A DNA stretch of 61,848 nt, filler included, from a candidate division TA06 bacterium SM23_40 (lineage in GTDB: Bacteria; LJUI01; SM1-40): assembly GCA_001303705.1 (NCBI GenBank). It is 4 parts of 4 records of this genome, joined end to end, with 100 filler letters (N's around TTAATTAATTAA, not from the genome) between each part and the next. Parts side by side here need not be neighbours in the genome. Positions count along the whole stretch, not along the records: positions 1 to 30,138 come from LJUI01000015.1; 3 more parts are not named here. The stretch is one strand, 5' to 3'. Below are positions 9,290-18,769 of this stretch, piece after piece. Under the pieces are notes generated by a model. It ran no database searches and was not told where the DNA came from. It worked only from the letters and a program-made list of their open reading frames with translations. Each line of letters begins with the position of its first letter. Positions within the stretch are counted from its first letter, which is position 1. The position numbers were made by a program, and so were the translations under genes.

Positions 9290-9318
9290 TTGACAGGGCC
9301 GGGGCGGGGATGTAGAAT
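9290..9318 (+). promoter_or_regulatory. sigma70-type promoter 1
   Basis: TTGACA-17 nt-TAGAAT. Confidence 0.65.
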
Positions 9319-9491
9319 CCGGGCTGAGGATTATGGCCTCATGCCCCGAGGGCTTCCCTACACCTCCCAGCCACTCTTGAGCCGACCTCCGGGTGGCTGT
9401 GGGATGTCTGGCTACCCCGGTGGCCTTCTCGGGGCTTGTCTCCCGCGGCACTCCATCTTCGGGGTTCTTGCCGTTCGGGCGTTTTTGCGAC

Positions 9492-9519
9492 TTGACAGCG
9501 TAGCGATATTGGCTATATT
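9492..9519 (+). promoter_or_regulatory. sigma70-type promoter 2
   Basis: TTGACA-16 nt-TATATT. Confidence 0.55.
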
Positions 9520-9580
9520 TATGTAGGCAGGTGGGGGGAGTCTGGGTTGGCGGACTGGCGGAGAATCGCGCAGACCTGGT

Positions 9581-9609
9581 TTGACATGCTCACACAGCAG
9601 GAGTAAAAT
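9581..9609 (+). promoter_or_regulatory. sigma70-type promoter 3
   Basis: TTGACA-17 nt-TAAAAT. Confidence 0.65.
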
Positions 9610-9708
9610 TGGGGGGCCCACTGCATATTGTGCTGGGCCCTTATCTGTACCTGGCCCTCTGGCTCGACAAAGCTCGGCTCGATGAGCGCTGGCGTTCGAC
9701 GCGCCCGA

Positions 9709-9793
9709 GTGGCGCGGTCGGGCGCGTGGCTCAGCAGGCGGCGTGGGTCGGCAGGCGGCGTGGCTCGGTCGGGCGCGTAGCGCGACAGGCCGC
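9709..9793. repeat. Degenerate 17-bp tandem repeat, 5 copies
   Basis: gtggcgcggtcgggcgc / gtggctcagcaggcggc / gtgggtcggcaggcggc / gtggctcggtcgggcgc / gtagcgcgacaggccgc. Confidence 0.8.
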
Positions 9794-9963
9794 CCGGCGC
9801 GATTAATCCCTGTCGCCTGATGAGCTCGCTCACAGAAGAGCTCCGGGCGCCATCGGTCGGCGGAGTGTTGAGCCCAGCATGGGTGCGGGTTCTCGACCGA
9901 GATGTGCGGCGAGATGAGCCGCCGCAAGTGGCTGACGGCCACGCGGACGCGAGAAAGACAATC

Positions 9964-11490
9964 ATGCCTGCACGGCGTTCCATTCTCTGGCCCGTTTTCA
10001 GTATCGTCGCAGTATTCTGGATACTGATGATGGGGACTCTCGTCCAGCGGATGAGATCAGGTGTCCCGTCTATGATGCCGGAGCGTCCTCCCGGGGTATT
10101 CGAGGGCATCGGCAGAGAGACGAGATGGATGGGGGTCTATCTCAGGGGTAAGAAGATCGGGCATGCCGTCACCTCGAGCGAGAGACGCCCTGATGGCACG
10201 GTGCGCCTATTCGACCGATCGGTGATGAGACTCACGGTGCAGGGGACGGTCGAGGAGATCACCACTAAGCTGGATTGCGTTGCGCGCGGTGATTACTCGC
10301 TCGAATCGCTCTCCTTTGAGATGAAGAGCGGGGATCACCAGCTGGAGGTAGAGGGGCGGGTCGAGGGGGGACGCCTGTTCGTTACGCTCATAACTGCAGG
10401 AGATACATCAGACCTGACGTTTACCCTTCCCAAAGAGACCTTTCTGCCCGCCTCCATGGAGCTCCTTCTCGGGGGGAAGGACCTCCGCCCGGGGGAGACG
10501 TATGCCTTCCCGCTCTTCGATCCGATGACGCTCACTCAGGAGCAGGCTCGCGTCACAGTGATCGGCACCGAACCACTTTCCATCGAAGGAGAAGAGGTCG
10601 TCGCGACTAAGCTGGATGTCTGGTTCCTCGGGATCAGCCAGTCGGTCTGGCTCGACGATCTCGGTCGGATCCTCAAGGAAGAGGCGCCCATGGGCCTGGT
10701 GATGGTGCGGGAGTCACCGGAATCCGCGGTAGCCTGGGGTCCTGAGACCGGTTCGGTCGATCTCCTCACACTCTACTCAGTCCCCGTCGATGAGACTATT
10801 GCTGTACCCCGGGATCTCATCTATGTTAAGGCAGAGATGTCTGGGTGCGATCCTGATCGTCTTGAGCTCGAACGGGGGAGACAGCGGGTCCTCTCCGAGG
10901 ATCCCTGCGTGGTGGAAATCACGGCGGCGCAACCATCGAGCGTGGACGGTCCGGAGGCGAAGTACAGTATCCTTCTGTACGGGGACGCTCTCAGGCCAAC
11001 TCCCCTGATTCAGGCGGCTCATCCCGAGATCGTGGCGCGCACGATGGCGATCCTCGCCCAGGATCCTAAGACCCAGGGGCTGGCAACGCCGGCTCTGGAC
11101 CCGTGGTCCAAATCGAAGCGATTGGCGACCTGGGTGCATCGTCATGTCCGTAAGATTCCGACTGCATCGATGCCTTCTGCGCTCGATGTGCTCCACACTC
11201 TGGAGGGCGACTGTAACGAACATGCTGTGCTTCTCGCTGCTCTGACCCGCGCCGCCGGGATACCGGCCAAGGTCATCCTCGGTGTTGTGTACCAGGACGG
11301 GGCATTCTACTATCATGCCTGGAATCGAGTCTATGTCGGCGAGTGGGTCGATATAGATGCAGCCTTCGGGCAAGAGGTTGCCGATGCGAGCCACATCGCC
11401 CTGCTCGAAGGTGATGCGGAACAGCTCCCGCAATTGCTCGGCCTGATCGGCCAGCTCGACATCGACATTCTGGAGTACCGTTACCGATGA
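9964..11490 (+). CDS. Membrane-anchored transglutaminase-like (Cys-His-Asp) protein
   Basis: N-terminal TM segment after ATG 9964; catalytic motifs EGDCNEHA, YYHAWNRVY and WVDIDA. Confidence 0.85.
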   Translation: MPARRSILWPVFSIVAVFWILMMGTLVQRMRSGVPSMMPERPPGVFEGIGRETRWMGVYLRGKKIGHAVTSSERRPDGTVRLFDRSVMRLTVQGTVEEITTKLDCVARGDYSLESLSFEMKSGDHQLEVEGRVEGGRLFVTLITAGDTSDLTFTLPKETFLPASMELLLGGKDLRPGETYAFPLFDPMTLTQEQARVTVIGTEPLSIEGEEVVATKLDVWFLGISQSVWLDDLGRILKEEAPMGLVMVRESPESAVAWGPETGSVDLLTLYSVPVDETIAVPRDLIYVKAEMSGCDPDRLELERGRQRVLSEDPCVVEITAAQPSSVDGPEAKYSILLYGDALRPTPLIQAAHPEIVARTMAILAQDPKTQGLATPALDPWSKSKRLATWVHRHVRKIPTASMPSALDVLHTLEGDCNEHAVLLAALTRAAGIPAKVILGVVYQDGAFYYHAWNRVYVGEWVDIDAAFGQEVADASHIALLEGDAEQLPQLLGLIGQLDIDILEYRYR

Positions 11491-12344
11491 ATACATCAAG
11501 AGAAGTCCCCATCGTAGAGTTGAAACATGTGACCAAGAGATTCGGAGATACCGTTGCCGTTGACTCGCTCGATTTGTCGCTCCCGCCGGGGACGCTATTC
11601 GGCTTCATCGGGCCGAACGGAGCGGGGAAGACGACGACCATCAAACTGATCACGGGGCTGCTGCAGCCCACGGCCGGCCGCGTCTTCGTCAACGGGATTG
11701 ATATCCGGCACGAACCGGAGCGGGCGAAGCGTCTCATTGGCTACGTGCCGGATAACCCATTCCTCTATGATGTCCTCACCGGCCGCGAGTTCCTTCGCTT
11801 TGTGGGTCGACTCTATCGTATGGATGCGTCACTCGTCGAGCGGCGTATTGGCGAGTTATTCGAGCTCTTTCAGGTTGGATCATGGGGCGACTTCCGGGCC
11901 GAGGAATACTCACACGGGATGAGACAGAAGATCGTGATCTCGGCCGCGCTGCTCCACCAGCCGAAGCTCATCGTGATCGACGAACCCATGGTGGGACTCG
12001 ATCCGAAGTCGATCCGCCTGGTCAAGCGGATACTGGAGTATCAGAGCCGAATGGGCACTGCGATCTTCATGTCGACCCACACTCTGGCAGTCGCGGAGGA
12101 GATATCGAGTCTGGTCGGGATCATCGATCGAGGTCGTGTGATCGCGCAGGGGACGGTCGCGGAACTGCGTCGCCTGTCGCGAGAACGGCACCGGACGCTC
12201 GAAGATCTCTATCTCGAACTGACGACCTCCCCGGAGGAGTCGCAGCGTGAGGTGGAAAGGTGGCTCAACATGGCGCTTCCTCCCTTGTTGAGGGAGATGC
12301 TGAGACCGGAATCGCGGAATGAACGTGTCCTGCTCGATCAGTAG
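11487..12344 (+). CDS. ABC transporter ATP-binding protein (exporter type)
   Basis: Walker A GPNGAGKTT, signature YSHGMRQK, Walker B IVIDEP, H-loop STH; ATGA overlap with the upstream gene. Confidence 0.95.
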   Translation: MNTSREVPIVELKHVTKRFGDTVAVDSLDLSLPPGTLFGFIGPNGAGKTTTIKLITGLLQPTAGRVFVNGIDIRHEPERAKRLIGYVPDNPFLYDVLTGREFLRFVGRLYRMDASLVERRIGELFELFQVGSWGDFRAEEYSHGMRQKIVISAALLHQPKLIVIDEPMVGLDPKSIRLVKRILEYQSRMGTAIFMSTHTLAVAEEISSLVGIIDRGRVIAQGTVAELRRLSRERHRTLEDLYLELTTSPEESQREVERWLNMALPPLLREMLRPESRNERVLLDQ

Positions 12345-12365
12345 GTTGAGACCTGCAACGAGGGG

Positions 12366-14054
12366 ATGATGAGCGAGTTCCTGACTCTGATGCGGCTCGC
12401 CGTGAGCATGGCGGCGAAGCGCATTTTCGATCGACGACCCCGGTCGGTAATCCAGCACATCAGCTACGTGGTCGTCCTCTCGATATTCTTTTCGGGCGCG
12501 TTCTTCTTCTTCTATCGGATCTTCCTCTACCTCTATGCCACTCCGCCCGTGGGCCCGGCCCTGGTGGATCGTATCTTCTCGGCTGCCTTCATCGTCTTCC
12601 TCACCATGCTCTTCATGAGCGCTGTCATCGCCTCGCTATCGACATTCTATCGGTCGGAAGAGCTCGAGTTCCTCATGTCGCGCCCCCTTGAGGTCAATGC
12701 GATCTTCATGGGCAAGTTCGTTGAGAATACCGTCTATAGCTCGTGGGCGACACTGCTGGCCGGCGTTCCTCTCGTGGCCGCCTACGGCATAGCGAGCAGG
12801 GCGGGGTGGGTGTTCTATCCGGTAGCGATGGTCGGACTGCTCCTGTTCGTACTCATTCCCGGAGCCCTGGGAGCGTCGTGCCTGCTCGTCCTTGCCAGGT
12901 TTTTCCCGTTGCTCAAGCGAAGGGAAATCGTTCTCATTCTGGGTGGCCTGGTCGTCATCGGGCTCTTTCTGTTCGTACGTGTCGTCCAACCGTACGGGTT
13001 CAGCATCGCAGAGACCGAGGACATCGTTCGGCTCGAACAGTACCTGAGCGGCCTCAAGGGCATGTCGTCGCCCTATCTTCCCAGTACCTGGATGGTTCGC
13101 GTGGCCGTCAACGCCAGGAGCGGATGGTTTGGCGAAAGCCTGTATCACATCCTTCTCCTCTTCAGCTCAGCTGCTATGGCCATCGCAATTGCCGCCGCCA
13201 CGGCGTCCCTGGTCTACTACACCGGATGGACCCGCTCTCTCGAATCCTCATCAGAGCGGCGCGGGTCCCGCCCTCAGAGAGCCGCCTCGCCGGGGGTGGT
13301 AGATCGCCTCTGTCGCGAGGTGGGGTCGGTCCTGTTCGATAAAGACATCCGGCTCTTCGTGCGCGATCCGAGTCAGTGGGCCCAGGCAGCAATACTCATC
13401 GTTCTCCTCGGTGTATACGTCGTCAGTCTGCGTGACGCACGTTTGCACTTCTATAGCATCTTCTGGCGGACAGTCATCGCCTTCGTCAACTTGGCATTCA
13501 CCGGATACATCATGGCAACGCTCGCTATCCGTTTTGTCTTCCCTGCAGTGAGTATGGAGTCGCGCACATTCTGGATCCTGCGCTCCTCCCCTCTTTCGGC
13601 AAAAAGATTTCTGACAGAGAAGTTCCTATTGAACGGAGGGATTTCACTTGTGCTGGTGGAGATTCTGGCGATCTGCTCGAACCTGTTGCTCGGAGTGGAG
13701 GGACTGATCATCGTAATCTCGGCGATCGCTGTCTTCTTCTTCGCCGTCTCGCTGACGAGTGTCTCGATAGGTCTGGGCACGCTCTTCCCCATGTTGGGAG
13801 AGCGAAACGCCTCGAAGATCGCGTCCGGACCTGGGGGCATCCTGGCAGCTATCGCGAGCCTGGCCTACGTGGCTCTTGCGGTGAGCATCCTGGCGAGGCC
13901 TGCGTACATCTACTCGATGGCGAAGCTGCTCGGCCGATCGCTGCCCTTGTCAACCTTCGGAATCTTCGCGCTGCTGTTTCTCGCGATCAATGCAGTTGCG
14001 ACGACTATGCCATTGACACTGGCTGTGCGTTCGCTGAAATTCCGAGATCTGTAG
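12366..14054 (+). CDS. Putative ABC exporter permease (multi-TM)
   Basis: About 12 hydrophobic segments; ELEFLMSRP, KDIRLFVRDPSQW and SMESRTFWILRSSP motifs; follows the ABC ATPase. Confidence 0.8.
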   Translation: MMSEFLTLMRLAVSMAAKRIFDRRPRSVIQHISYVVVLSIFFSGAFFFFYRIFLYLYATPPVGPALVDRIFSAAFIVFLTMLFMSAVIASLSTFYRSEELEFLMSRPLEVNAIFMGKFVENTVYSSWATLLAGVPLVAAYGIASRAGWVFYPVAMVGLLLFVLIPGALGASCLLVLARFFPLLKRREIVLILGGLVVIGLFLFVRVVQPYGFSIAETEDIVRLEQYLSGLKGMSSPYLPSTWMVRVAVNARSGWFGESLYHILLLFSSAAMAIAIAAATASLVYYTGWTRSLESSSERRGSRPQRAASPGVVDRLCREVGSVLFDKDIRLFVRDPSQWAQAAILIVLLGVYVVSLRDARLHFYSIFWRTVIAFVNLAFTGYIMATLAIRFVFPAVSMESRTFWILRSSPLSAKRFLTEKFLLNGGISLVLVEILAICSNLLLGVEGLIIVISAIAVFFFAVSLTSVSIGLGTLFPMLGERNASKIASGPGGILAAIASLAYVALAVSILARPAYIYSMAKLLGRSLPLSTFGIFALLFLAINAVATTMPLTLAVRSLKFRDL

Positions 14055-14076
14055 CAAAAGAAGGGGCCCTAGTCTC

Positions 14077-14676
14077 ATGGCAAAGAAATCAGACTCAGAG
14101 AAGACAGATGTGACAAGAGCGCTCCAGAGGAGGAGGGTCTGGAAGATCAAGCCGTTCACTCGAGTCAAGGATGATGAGAAGCGGTATGAGCGTCTGTCGC
14201 GGCGCAAGGTCATGGAGCGCGCGCAGGACGATCTCGATGAGCTGGATGGTACGGAGGAGCGCGTTCTAGCCGTCGATCTCGGCACCAAACGCTGCGGCCT
14301 CGCGATCAGTGATCCGCTCGGCGTCATCGCCTCCGGCCTTGGTACGCTCGAGCCGCAAGACGAAGAGGAACTGTTGAAGCGGCTCGGCAAGATCATCCGG
14401 GACAAAGATGTCGGGAGACTCGTCGTCGGGCACCCGCTCATGCTGTCCGGGGATCGGGGAGAACGTGCGCTGGATGCTGAGCGATTTGCCGAAGAAGCGG
14501 GGAAGCATCTCCGGATTCCGGTCGAGCTGTACGATGAACGACTCACTTCTGTCGCTGCTGAGAGGTCGCTCCGGGAGATGGGTATCGAACCGAGTCGCGC
14601 CAAGGGCAAAGTCGACGAGATATCCGCCGTGCTGCTGCTTCAGAGCTATCTCGACCGGCGGGCGAGGGAAGAATGA
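14077..14676 (+). CDS. ruvX: YqgF/RuvX pre-16S rRNA nuclease with a basic N-terminal extension
   Basis: VLAVDLGTKRCGLAISD, LVVGHP, YDERLTS and VDEISAVLLLQSYLD motifs; upstream of mltG. Alternative start at ATG 14212. Confidence 0.9.
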   Translation: MAKKSDSEKTDVTRALQRRRVWKIKPFTRVKDDEKRYERLSRRKVMERAQDDLDELDGTEERVLAVDLGTKRCGLAISDPLGVIASGLGTLEPQDEEELLKRLGKIIRDKDVGRLVVGHPLMLSGDRGERALDAERFAEEAGKHLRIPVELYDERLTSVAAERSLREMGIEPSRAKGKVDEISAVLLLQSYLDRRAREE

Positions 14677-15704
14677 GCAGCCGAGAGCGAGAGCGGGTGA
14701 GACGAGCCGGATCGAGGTTGATAGGTGGATTCCTCGGCGTCCTCACGGTGTCCGTACTTCTGGTTGGAATGTACGAGGTGTTCATTGCACCGCCGAGGAA
14801 TGTTAACGACCTGAGCGAGGTTGAGATCATTATACCTCCAGGGCTTGCGGCCGATGAGATCGGCAGCCTGCTCGATCGGGAGGGGCTGGTCGATAACGCC
14901 TGGGCATTCAAGCTGCTGGGCAAGGTGGGTGGATATGAGCGCCGCCTCCAGGCCGGGCGGTACTGCCTGGGGCCGGAGATGCGCGACCTGGACGTGCTTA
15001 AGGTGCTGGCCCGCGGCCGGACCGGAGAGGAGCGCGTCACACTGCCTGAGGGGCTGACGGTCGCGCAGATCGCTCGGCTACTGGCGGAGCGGGCGGGCAT
15101 CGACGGCGACAGGTTTCTGACGTTCGCCAGGGACCCCCGTCTCGCAGACAGCCTGAGGGTTCCCGCGGGATCCCTTGAGGGATATCTGTTTCCTGATACG
15201 TACAATATCTTCTGGCAGATGGACGAGAGAACGATTCTACGGCAACTGGTGCAGAACTTCTGGAACCACTTTGAGGCATCCCGGGATGAGCGCGCCGCCG
15301 CCCTGGGTATGAGCGTGCATCAGGTTGTCACTCTCGCCTCCCTCATCGAACGGGAGGCGAAGAGCGAGGAGGAACGTGTACTCATTTCAGGTGTCTTCCA
15401 TAACCGGCTCCGGTTGAGGAGACCCCTGGAATCGTGCGCCACGGTCGCGTTCATTCTTCCTGAGCGGAGAGAGAGACTTACGTATGCCGATCTGCGCACA
15501 CCGTCTCCGTACAACACCTATCTCCGCCCCGGTCTGCCTCCGGGACCGATCTGTAGCCCGGGGATCTCCTCTATTGATGCGGCGCTCTATCCGGCCGAAA
15601 CCGACTATCTCTACTTCGTCTCTCGCGGAGATGGGACGCATGAGTTCACGAAGACAGCGCGGGAGCACATTAGGGCCAAACGCAAGTATGGTGCGACTCC
15701 ATGA
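14673..15704 (+). CDS. mltG: Endolytic transglycosylase MltG
   Basis: N-terminal TM; TLPEG, LEGYLFPDTY, LASLIEREA, SGVFHNRL, SPYNTY..GLPPGPI and YLYFV motifs. Confidence 0.95.
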   Translation: MSSRERERVRRAGSRLIGGFLGVLTVSVLLVGMYEVFIAPPRNVNDLSEVEIIIPPGLAADEIGSLLDREGLVDNAWAFKLLGKVGGYERRLQAGRYCLGPEMRDLDVLKVLARGRTGEERVTLPEGLTVAQIARLLAERAGIDGDRFLTFARDPRLADSLRVPAGSLEGYLFPDTYNIFWQMDERTILRQLVQNFWNHFEASRDERAAALGMSVHQVVTLASLIEREAKSEEERVLISGVFHNRLRLRRPLESCATVAFILPERRERLTYADLRTPSPYNTYLRPGLPPGPICSPGISSIDAALYPAETDYLYFVSRGDGTHEFTKTAREHIRAKRKYGATP

Positions 15705-18532
15705 AGGCAGGAACTACAACTCTCGACACTATAGAGCGAGCTGCTGAGTCGGTCAGCAGGTACACCAAGCGCCTGTCCAAGACGTTTGGCCAGAAGGAAG
15801 CTTTCTGCCGTCACCTTGCACGTATTAGCGAGTTTGCTCGTCTCAGGCGACTCTCCGATGCCTCATACGAAGTCCTCAGGGAGCACGAGCCGTACGGTAT
15901 CATATATGTCGAGGTGGAGCGGCGATTCCGCGACCTCCACCACACGGCTGCGGCAAACCTGCTTCAGCTGTTGCTCGACACAGTGAGCGATGAGCCGAGT
16001 GAGGCGAGCTATTCACGCTGGCGACAGTTCTTCCAGAGCGAGTTCGCCCCCGCGATGCGGAGCGCCTATGAGCGATGGGTCAAGCGGAAGCCGAGCTCGG
16101 CGCTTGTGTTGGAGATCACCAGCCGCAAGCTCCTGGCTGAGGGAGCACAAACCTGGTGGCGCCAGGCTCCAGGCTGGGCCGCTCCTCTGCGGGAAGAGAT
16201 CACACGTCGTTTCTCACGTGAGCTCAACGGGTACTTCCACCACATCAGGAGTTCAGTCTGCGCGAAGCTCCCTGTGAACGATGCACTCATCGCAGAGAGC
16301 ATCGGCAAGACCTATATTACGGCCATCCCTCTGGAAGATATCAAGATCCAGACCATCGCCGGAGAGATCAGGCAGTGTGGGATCCCCGCGCTGCTCTTCG
16401 AACGCACATCAGCCCTTTTCTTCCAGACCCTGCGCGACCGAGTGGAGGCGGACTTGCTGGAGTCCATCAAGAGAGCAACCGTCGCCTCACGGTCCGATCT
16501 GGCGAATGTCTCGTCGACACGACTCGTCGATCTCTCCGATAGGGCCGCGGAGCGGATAGAGACGGAGCTGCAGGTTCGCGGTCGGCTCATGGCTGAGCAG
16601 TGCACAAAGCGAATTGCCGAGCTGTCGCAGGAGTTGGACGACGGGAGGAAGCGTCTGCGGCACGAGCTGCGGAAGGGCTTTCACGACGCCGAAGAGTTGC
16701 TCGCATTTGTCGACGAGTCCCGGTCCCTCGAGAGCCTGGCGCAGAGGGTGCGGCAGAGATCGACATGGCTTGGTGAGTCGCTGGCGAAGGAGCTCGCATC
16801 GTTGGAGAACGTGAGGCGCTCTCTGGACACGGCGAAGCGATCACTCGCCAACGCCGAAAGCCTGGAGCGCATCACCGCTGCCGACGTCAGGGAGCTGCTT
16901 CTCGGCAGCGCCCGTTCTCGTGAGTCTGATCTCGGGGCCTTCATTGACCAATTTGGCATGCTCCTTCAGACCGTCGGGTCGTCGTTCGAGAACATCCCTG
17001 AGGAGACGCTCAAATCGCTCGAGAACCTGATCGCCAGCACGCAGAAGGAAATTCGTCTTGAACTACGGAACCTGACCGATCTCAATCGGAGTTCGGGAGC
17101 TCTGCGTGCTACAGTCGTCTCGTGCGAGCAGGACATACAGCTGCTCGAAAATCTTGGAGGGGACCGAGATTTTCTGGGGAGAAAGAGATACCATATCCGC
17201 ACGCTGCTCGATAGATGGCGACATGTGATGGAGGAGGTCGTTGCACCGTTCGTCGTCTCACGGGTCCTCGATGAGATGGTCAAGTTCTGGCCTCCCACGA
17301 TACGCGGGCTCGAGACGTTGACGGGATCGGCGATGATGGACGAGGCGCGCTACGTAGGGGAGGCACTGGAGTACAACAATCTCTTCTATCGACTGACGCT
17401 CGATGGAGAGGGAACGCCTGAGCCAGGTGCAAAGGTGGCGGTGAAGGTCAAGGAGCCGGCCGAGACGAGTGAGGAGAGAGAGCAGTTGGGCGGGATGCTC
17501 GTGCGTCATTTCTCGCGTACTGTCGCCGTCATCGTGTACGACATTCGTGGTTCGTCGTTCATGGGTGCGAAGCTGTTCGATGCAGACAAGGAGAGTCAGA
17601 TCAGGATACAGTTCAACAGGCTGATGATGAAGATCGCGCGCCGAAACAACGCATTCGTCCTGAAAGACACTGGTGATGGTGGGATACTCTGGTTCGGTGG
17701 GAACTCGAGGGAGCTGTACGATGCATCGTATGAGATGAAGCAGACGAGGTCAGGGGAACTAGTGCGGCAGGCGACTGGTGAGCGGAACGAGGTGGGGATC
17801 GAGCCGTCCGAACGCAGTGGAGAGTGGGCTCTTCGCTGCGCCCGCGATATGGTGCTTGGAGCTGAGGAGTTCGTTGCAGTCAATATTCAGAACTATGGGG
17901 ACTGGTTCAAGGATGTAGATAAGCGTGAGCTCAGCTTCGCCGGCGTCGCCTTCGCCTCGCTCCCGCCCGAGTACAAGCGGATATTCCAGATCGGAGTCGG
18001 CATTGCCTCGGGTCAGCCCGGCCGCGACCTCACATTCCACTACAACGCTTTCGGCGATCCCGATCTGACGGGCCAGCTCGTGCGAGAAGCGAATGTCTAC
18101 TCGACAGCGCGGGATCCGTCGCGATCGGTGATCCTCTGCGATGGGGCAACGTTACTCAACTTCTTGCTCAACTGCGAGGAGTTCGCAGCCCGTGACGTGA
18201 AGTCCGTGAGGCTCGAAAACCTGCCTCCACAGCACATCGAGGACCTGTTGAAACGTGAGGTGACGAGGCGGGCGGAGATCAAGAAGACGAGTGTCGGCTA
18301 TCAGTTCGAGTCGCTCGGCATCGGTGTCGATCGCATCGGCCTTCGGCTCATCTACCAGGGAAAGCACGAGAGCCCGTACCGACTGACCACGGGGACCGAT
18401 GATATCCAGATCGACGAGTACGCCAAGTTGTACGATGCAAGTGGCGGCACTACCAAGCTCCTGTACGAAGTGTACCCCATACGGCGCGGCCCTCAGGACC
18501 GCACAACGAGGGACGGGGGGCCCTCGACGTAG
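15701..18532 (+). CDS. Large coiled-coil protein with a C-terminal class III nucleotide cyclase-like domain
   Basis: 943 aa, helical N-terminal two thirds; VIVYDIRGSS, VLKDTGDGG, IGVGIASG and GDPDLTGQLVREA resemble adenylate/guanylate cyclase motifs. ATGA-coupled to mltG. Confidence 0.6.
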   Translation: MKAGTTTLDTIERAAESVSRYTKRLSKTFGQKEAFCRHLARISEFARLRRLSDASYEVLREHEPYGIIYVEVERRFRDLHHTAAANLLQLLLDTVSDEPSEASYSRWRQFFQSEFAPAMRSAYERWVKRKPSSALVLEITSRKLLAEGAQTWWRQAPGWAAPLREEITRRFSRELNGYFHHIRSSVCAKLPVNDALIAESIGKTYITAIPLEDIKIQTIAGEIRQCGIPALLFERTSALFFQTLRDRVEADLLESIKRATVASRSDLANVSSTRLVDLSDRAAERIETELQVRGRLMAEQCTKRIAELSQELDDGRKRLRHELRKGFHDAEELLAFVDESRSLESLAQRVRQRSTWLGESLAKELASLENVRRSLDTAKRSLANAESLERITAADVRELLLGSARSRESDLGAFIDQFGMLLQTVGSSFENIPEETLKSLENLIASTQKEIRLELRNLTDLNRSSGALRATVVSCEQDIQLLENLGGDRDFLGRKRYHIRTLLDRWRHVMEEVVAPFVVSRVLDEMVKFWPPTIRGLETLTGSAMMDEARYVGEALEYNNLFYRLTLDGEGTPEPGAKVAVKVKEPAETSEEREQLGGMLVRHFSRTVAVIVYDIRGSSFMGAKLFDADKESQIRIQFNRLMMKIARRNNAFVLKDTGDGGILWFGGNSRELYDASYEMKQTRSGELVRQATGERNEVGIEPSERSGEWALRCARDMVLGAEEFVAVNIQNYGDWFKDVDKRELSFAGVAFASLPPEYKRIFQIGVGIASGQPGRDLTFHYNAFGDPDLTGQLVREANVYSTARDPSRSVILCDGATLLNFLLNCEEFAARDVKSVRLENLPPQHIEDLLKREVTRRAEIKKTSVGYQFESLGIGVDRIGLRLIYQGKHESPYRLTTGTDDIQIDEYAKLYDASGGTTKLLYEVYPIRRGPQDRTTRDGGPST

Positions 18533-18548
18533 CTTCCCTACCTAGGGT

Positions 18549-18662
18549 GCAGTCCTCAGGCTCCAGATGAGGGCGGGTGATCCCCGACATACCATCACTC
18601 CTCAGGACGCAGTCCTCAGGTTCCGGATGAGGGACGGGTGATCCCCGACATACCATCACTCC
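18549..18662. repeat. Two near-identical ~53-bp direct repeats (60-bp period) with internal hairpins
   Basis: GCAGTCCTCAGGYTCCRGATGAGGG(A)CGGGTGATCCCCGACATACCATCACTCC at 18549 and 18609. Confidence 0.85.
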
Positions 18663-18769
18663 ATACGACACGGTCATCGGGCAACTAGACACAGTCCGGC
18701 CACGGCCGATTGCGTCTCCACTTCATGCCGGTCGGCCCCCTAGTGGCCCCTTTATCAGAAGACGGATCG

